From positions 330,001-362,000 of the forward strand of contig NZ_AP024987.1 of the NCBI RefSeq assembly GCF_020885515.1: a stretch of DNA of 32,000 nucleotides, written 5' to 3'. The notes beneath the pieces were generated by a model. It did no database searches and was not told the origin of the DNA. It was given only the letters and a program-made list of their open reading frames with translations. The DNA is from a cyanobacterium endosymbiont of Braarudosphaera bigelowii (lineage in GTDB: Bacteria; Cyanobacteriota; Cyanobacteriia; Cyanobacteriales; Microcystaceae). The number at the start of each line of letters is the position of its first letter. Position 1 is the first letter of the stretch. The position numbers and the translations under genes were made by a program. Positions 29,732-32,000 of this stretch are shown piece after piece.

Positions 29732-30889
29732 ATGCCCACTCGTCGTTCTTTCCTCAAGATAATTGAACTTTTAGCTATAGGACAACTGGTATCAGGGTGT
29801 AATAAATCAGATGCTGATTTAACGATTTCTCTATTAAAAGGTTCAGTTCCTCCTCAGTCATTAAAGCTATTTAACCAATATTTCGCTTCTAATACTTCTT
29901 TTGATTTTCAGTCTAGAGGACAGTTAATAGAATTATTTAGTTTATTAGAATATTGGCAAAGTAAACAAAAAAAACATATTAATAATAGCTGGCCTAAAGT
30001 TTCTATTTTAGGTTCACAAAAACCTTATATAAGCGATTTGCTAACATTAGGGGATTCTTGGTTAACTCAAGCTATTCAAAAAGATTTAATTCAACCTATA
30101 GCTATAGATAATTGGCACAATTGGCATAAATTACCATCCTATTGGCAAAATTTAGTAATAAGAGATCAAAGTGGAAATTTGAATAGAGATGGGTTTATTT
30201 GGGGAGCACCTTATCGATGGGGAACAACTTTAATAGCTTATCGAATTGATAAATTAAACTGGGATATTAAAGATTGGGACGATCTATGGAATCCAAAGTT
30301 ACAAAATCGCATTTCTTTAATTGATCAGCCTCGAGAAGTAATTGGTTTTACCCTTAAAAAATTGGGTAAATCTTATAACACTAAAAATATAAGGGGTATT
30401 CCTCAACTTAAATCAGAATTGAGGGCTTTAGATAAACAAATCAAGTATTATAACTCTCAATACTACTTACAGCCTTTGTTGATGGGAGAAGCTTGGGCAA
30501 GTGTTGGTTGGTCAAACGATATTATTCCAATACTTGCTAGAAATCGCAATATTAAAGCTATAGTTCCAGCATCTGGAACTTCTTTATGGTCAGATGTTTG
30601 GGTTGTGCCTAAAAAAAATAATATATCAGAATTATCAGATACGGCTCAAAAATGGATCGATTTTTGTTGGCAACCTGAAATGGCAGATCTAATTTCATTA
30701 TTTACAAATGCTTCTTCTCCTATGATCAATAATCTTGATACTGAACAACTTTCCCCTGAAATTGTTAGCAATCCTTTATTATATCTTCAAACTAAAACCT
30801 TTGATAAATGTGACTTTATAAAACCTCTATCAAAACAGGATCAAAAGGATTATATCGAGCTTTGGTCAAAAATTAAAAGCGTTAAATAA
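29732..30889 (+). CDS. PotD/PotF-like (spermidine/putrescine-type) ABC substrate-binding lipoprotein with a Tat signal
   Basis: 385 aa. The N-terminus MPTRRSFLKIIELLAIGQLVSGC matches the twin-arginine consensus (T-R-R-S-F-L-K) and is followed by a lipobox Cys. The body matches type-II SBP family 1 (WGAPYRWGTTLIAYR, GWSNDI). Confidence 0.7.
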   Translation: MPTRRSFLKIIELLAIGQLVSGCNKSDADLTISLLKGSVPPQSLKLFNQYFASNTSFDFQSRGQLIELFSLLEYWQSKQKKHINNSWPKVSILGSQKPYISDLLTLGDSWLTQAIQKDLIQPIAIDNWHNWHKLPSYWQNLVIRDQSGNLNRDGFIWGAPYRWGTTLIAYRIDKLNWDIKDWDDLWNPKLQNRISLIDQPREVIGFTLKKLGKSYNTKNIRGIPQLKSELRALDKQIKYYNSQYYLQPLLMGEAWASVGWSNDIIPILARNRNIKAIVPASGTSLWSDVWVVPKKNNISELSDTAQKWIDFCWQPEMADLISLFTNASSPMINNLDTEQLSPEIVSNPLLYLQTKTFDKCDFIKPLSKQDQKDYIELWSKIKSVK

Positions 30890-31114
30890 AATTATATGAT
30901 TGTGTGAACATTTTAAATATATCTTGATAAATACTGATGGTTTCAGAATGCTTTTCCATTTAATACGTTTATACAACTATATTTATAGTTTATTGCTATT
31001 TCAATATTGTAATTTTGTTCAGATACAAGTATAGATATATTATTTATTTGTACTAAACGTTGTAAATATAAAATATCTGTTATCTTTATATAAATTAGTG
31101 ATCTTATCAAAGTC

Positions 31115-32000
31115 ATGAAACGTCGCCATTTTATTAGTAATACTGCATTAGGTACAACTGTTGCAACTGCTTTAGGATCTTGTACGAGTAATTCTATTCA
31201 AAGAAGCAATTATGATATTTCATTGCCTTTTGTGCATTGGAAAATGCAGACTAGTTGGCCCAGATCATTAGATACAATTTTTGGTGGAGCACAAACTATC
31301 TGTGACCGTGTTAATGGCATGAGTGGGGGAAAATTTGTCATCACACCATATGCTAGTGGAGAAATTGTGCCAGGATTGGAAGTTTTAGATGCTGTTCAAC
31401 AAGGTACGGTAGAATGTGGTCATTCTTCAAGTTATTACTACATAGGGAAGAACTCTACTTTAGGTTTTGGAACATCTATGCCTTTTGGTTTTAATGCACA
31501 GCAACAAAATGCTTGGCTTTATCATGGAGGTGGCTTGGAGGCTATGAATAGAGTCTATTCAGACTTTAACATCATTAATTTCCCTGCTGGGAATACAGGG
31601 GCACAAATGGGTGGATGGTACAAGCAAGAGGTAAAATCTGTAAATGATTTAAAAGGTCTAAAAATGAGAATTCCTGGACTAGGAGGTCAGGTTATGTCTC
31701 GTTTGGGTGTTAATGTGCAAGTTTTACCTGGAGGTGAAATTTTCCTTGCGTTAGATACTGGAGCTATAGATGCTGCAGAATGGATTGGTCCTTATGATGA
31801 TCAAAAACTGGGTTTAAACAAAGCAGCTTCTTATTACTACTATCCTGGTTGGTGGGAGTTAGGGGCAACTTTAGATTTGCAAATTAATAAAGATGCTTGG
31901 AGAAAATTGCCAAAGGAATATCAATATATTTTGAAAGCTGCAACAATAGAGGCAAATTCTAATATGTTAAGTAGATACGATGCCCAAAATCGGATTGCAC
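31115..32000 (+). CDS. TRAP-transporter DctP-type solute-binding protein (COG4663-like), 3' end outside the window (not in ORF track)
   Basis: Translated by hand from the ATG at 31115 and open to the window end. The N-terminus is MKRRHFISNTALGTTVATALGSC (RR motif plus lipobox-like Cys). It continues with WKMQTSWPRSLDTIFGG, GHSSSYYY.GK, GGWYKQE and AAEWIGPYDD, typical of this TRAP SBP subfamily. Confidence 0.8.
   Translation, partial: MKRRHFISNTALGTTVATALGSCTSNSIQRSNYDISLPFVHWKMQTSWPRSLDTIFGGAQTICDRVNGMSGGKFVITPYASGEIVPGLEVLDAVQQGTVECGHSSSYYYIGKNSTLGFGTSMPFGFNAQQQNAWLYHGGGLEAMNRVYSDFNIINFPAGNTGAQMGGWYKQEVKSVNDLKGLKMRIPGLGGQVMSRLGVNVQVLPGGEIFLALDTGAIDAAEWIGPYDDQKLGLNKAASYYYYPGWWELGATLDLQINKDAWRKLPKEYQYILKAATIEANSNMLSRYDAQNRIA

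Overview
This is a strongly AT-rich (judged by eye, not computed), compact chromosomal segment of a cyanobacterium. About 25.6 of 32 kb (~80%) lies inside the CDSs called here. Nearly all content is conserved core genes: menE (3' part), petF, a GH116 beta-glucosidase, a DUF21-CBS membrane protein, rpmF, a GT39 glycosyltransferase, petG, a PucC/BCD-family MFS protein, a site-2 protease, murQ, DUF3110, COP23, an HlyD-type adaptor, dnaK, dapB, a DUF185/MidA-type methyltransferase, cobB/cbiA, cobK/cbiJ, prmA, serA, exbB-exbD, a PotD-like binding protein and a TRAP-type binding protein (3' end cut by the window). Four genes missing from the ORF track were found by reading the sequence: petG, rpmF, an unrecognised 46-aa single-helix ORF, and the 3'-truncated TRAP binding protein. 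Several perfect hairpins sit where intrinsic terminators are expected. I found no rRNA, tRNA, CRISPR array, transposase, integrase, phage gene, toxin-antitoxin pair or recognisable defence gene. I do not see convincing evidence for a novel multi-gene system; this reads as an ordinary core region of a probably reduced genome. The items most worth a second look are modest. They are an HlyD-type adaptor with no transporter partner and a perfect 13-bp palindrome at its start; an orphan terminator-like hairpin (possible sRNA) in the cobK upstream spacer; the 46-aa ORF with a tandem 21-bp repeat upstream; unusually long spacers; and an exbBD pair next to two Tat-lipoprotein binding proteins with no partners in view.
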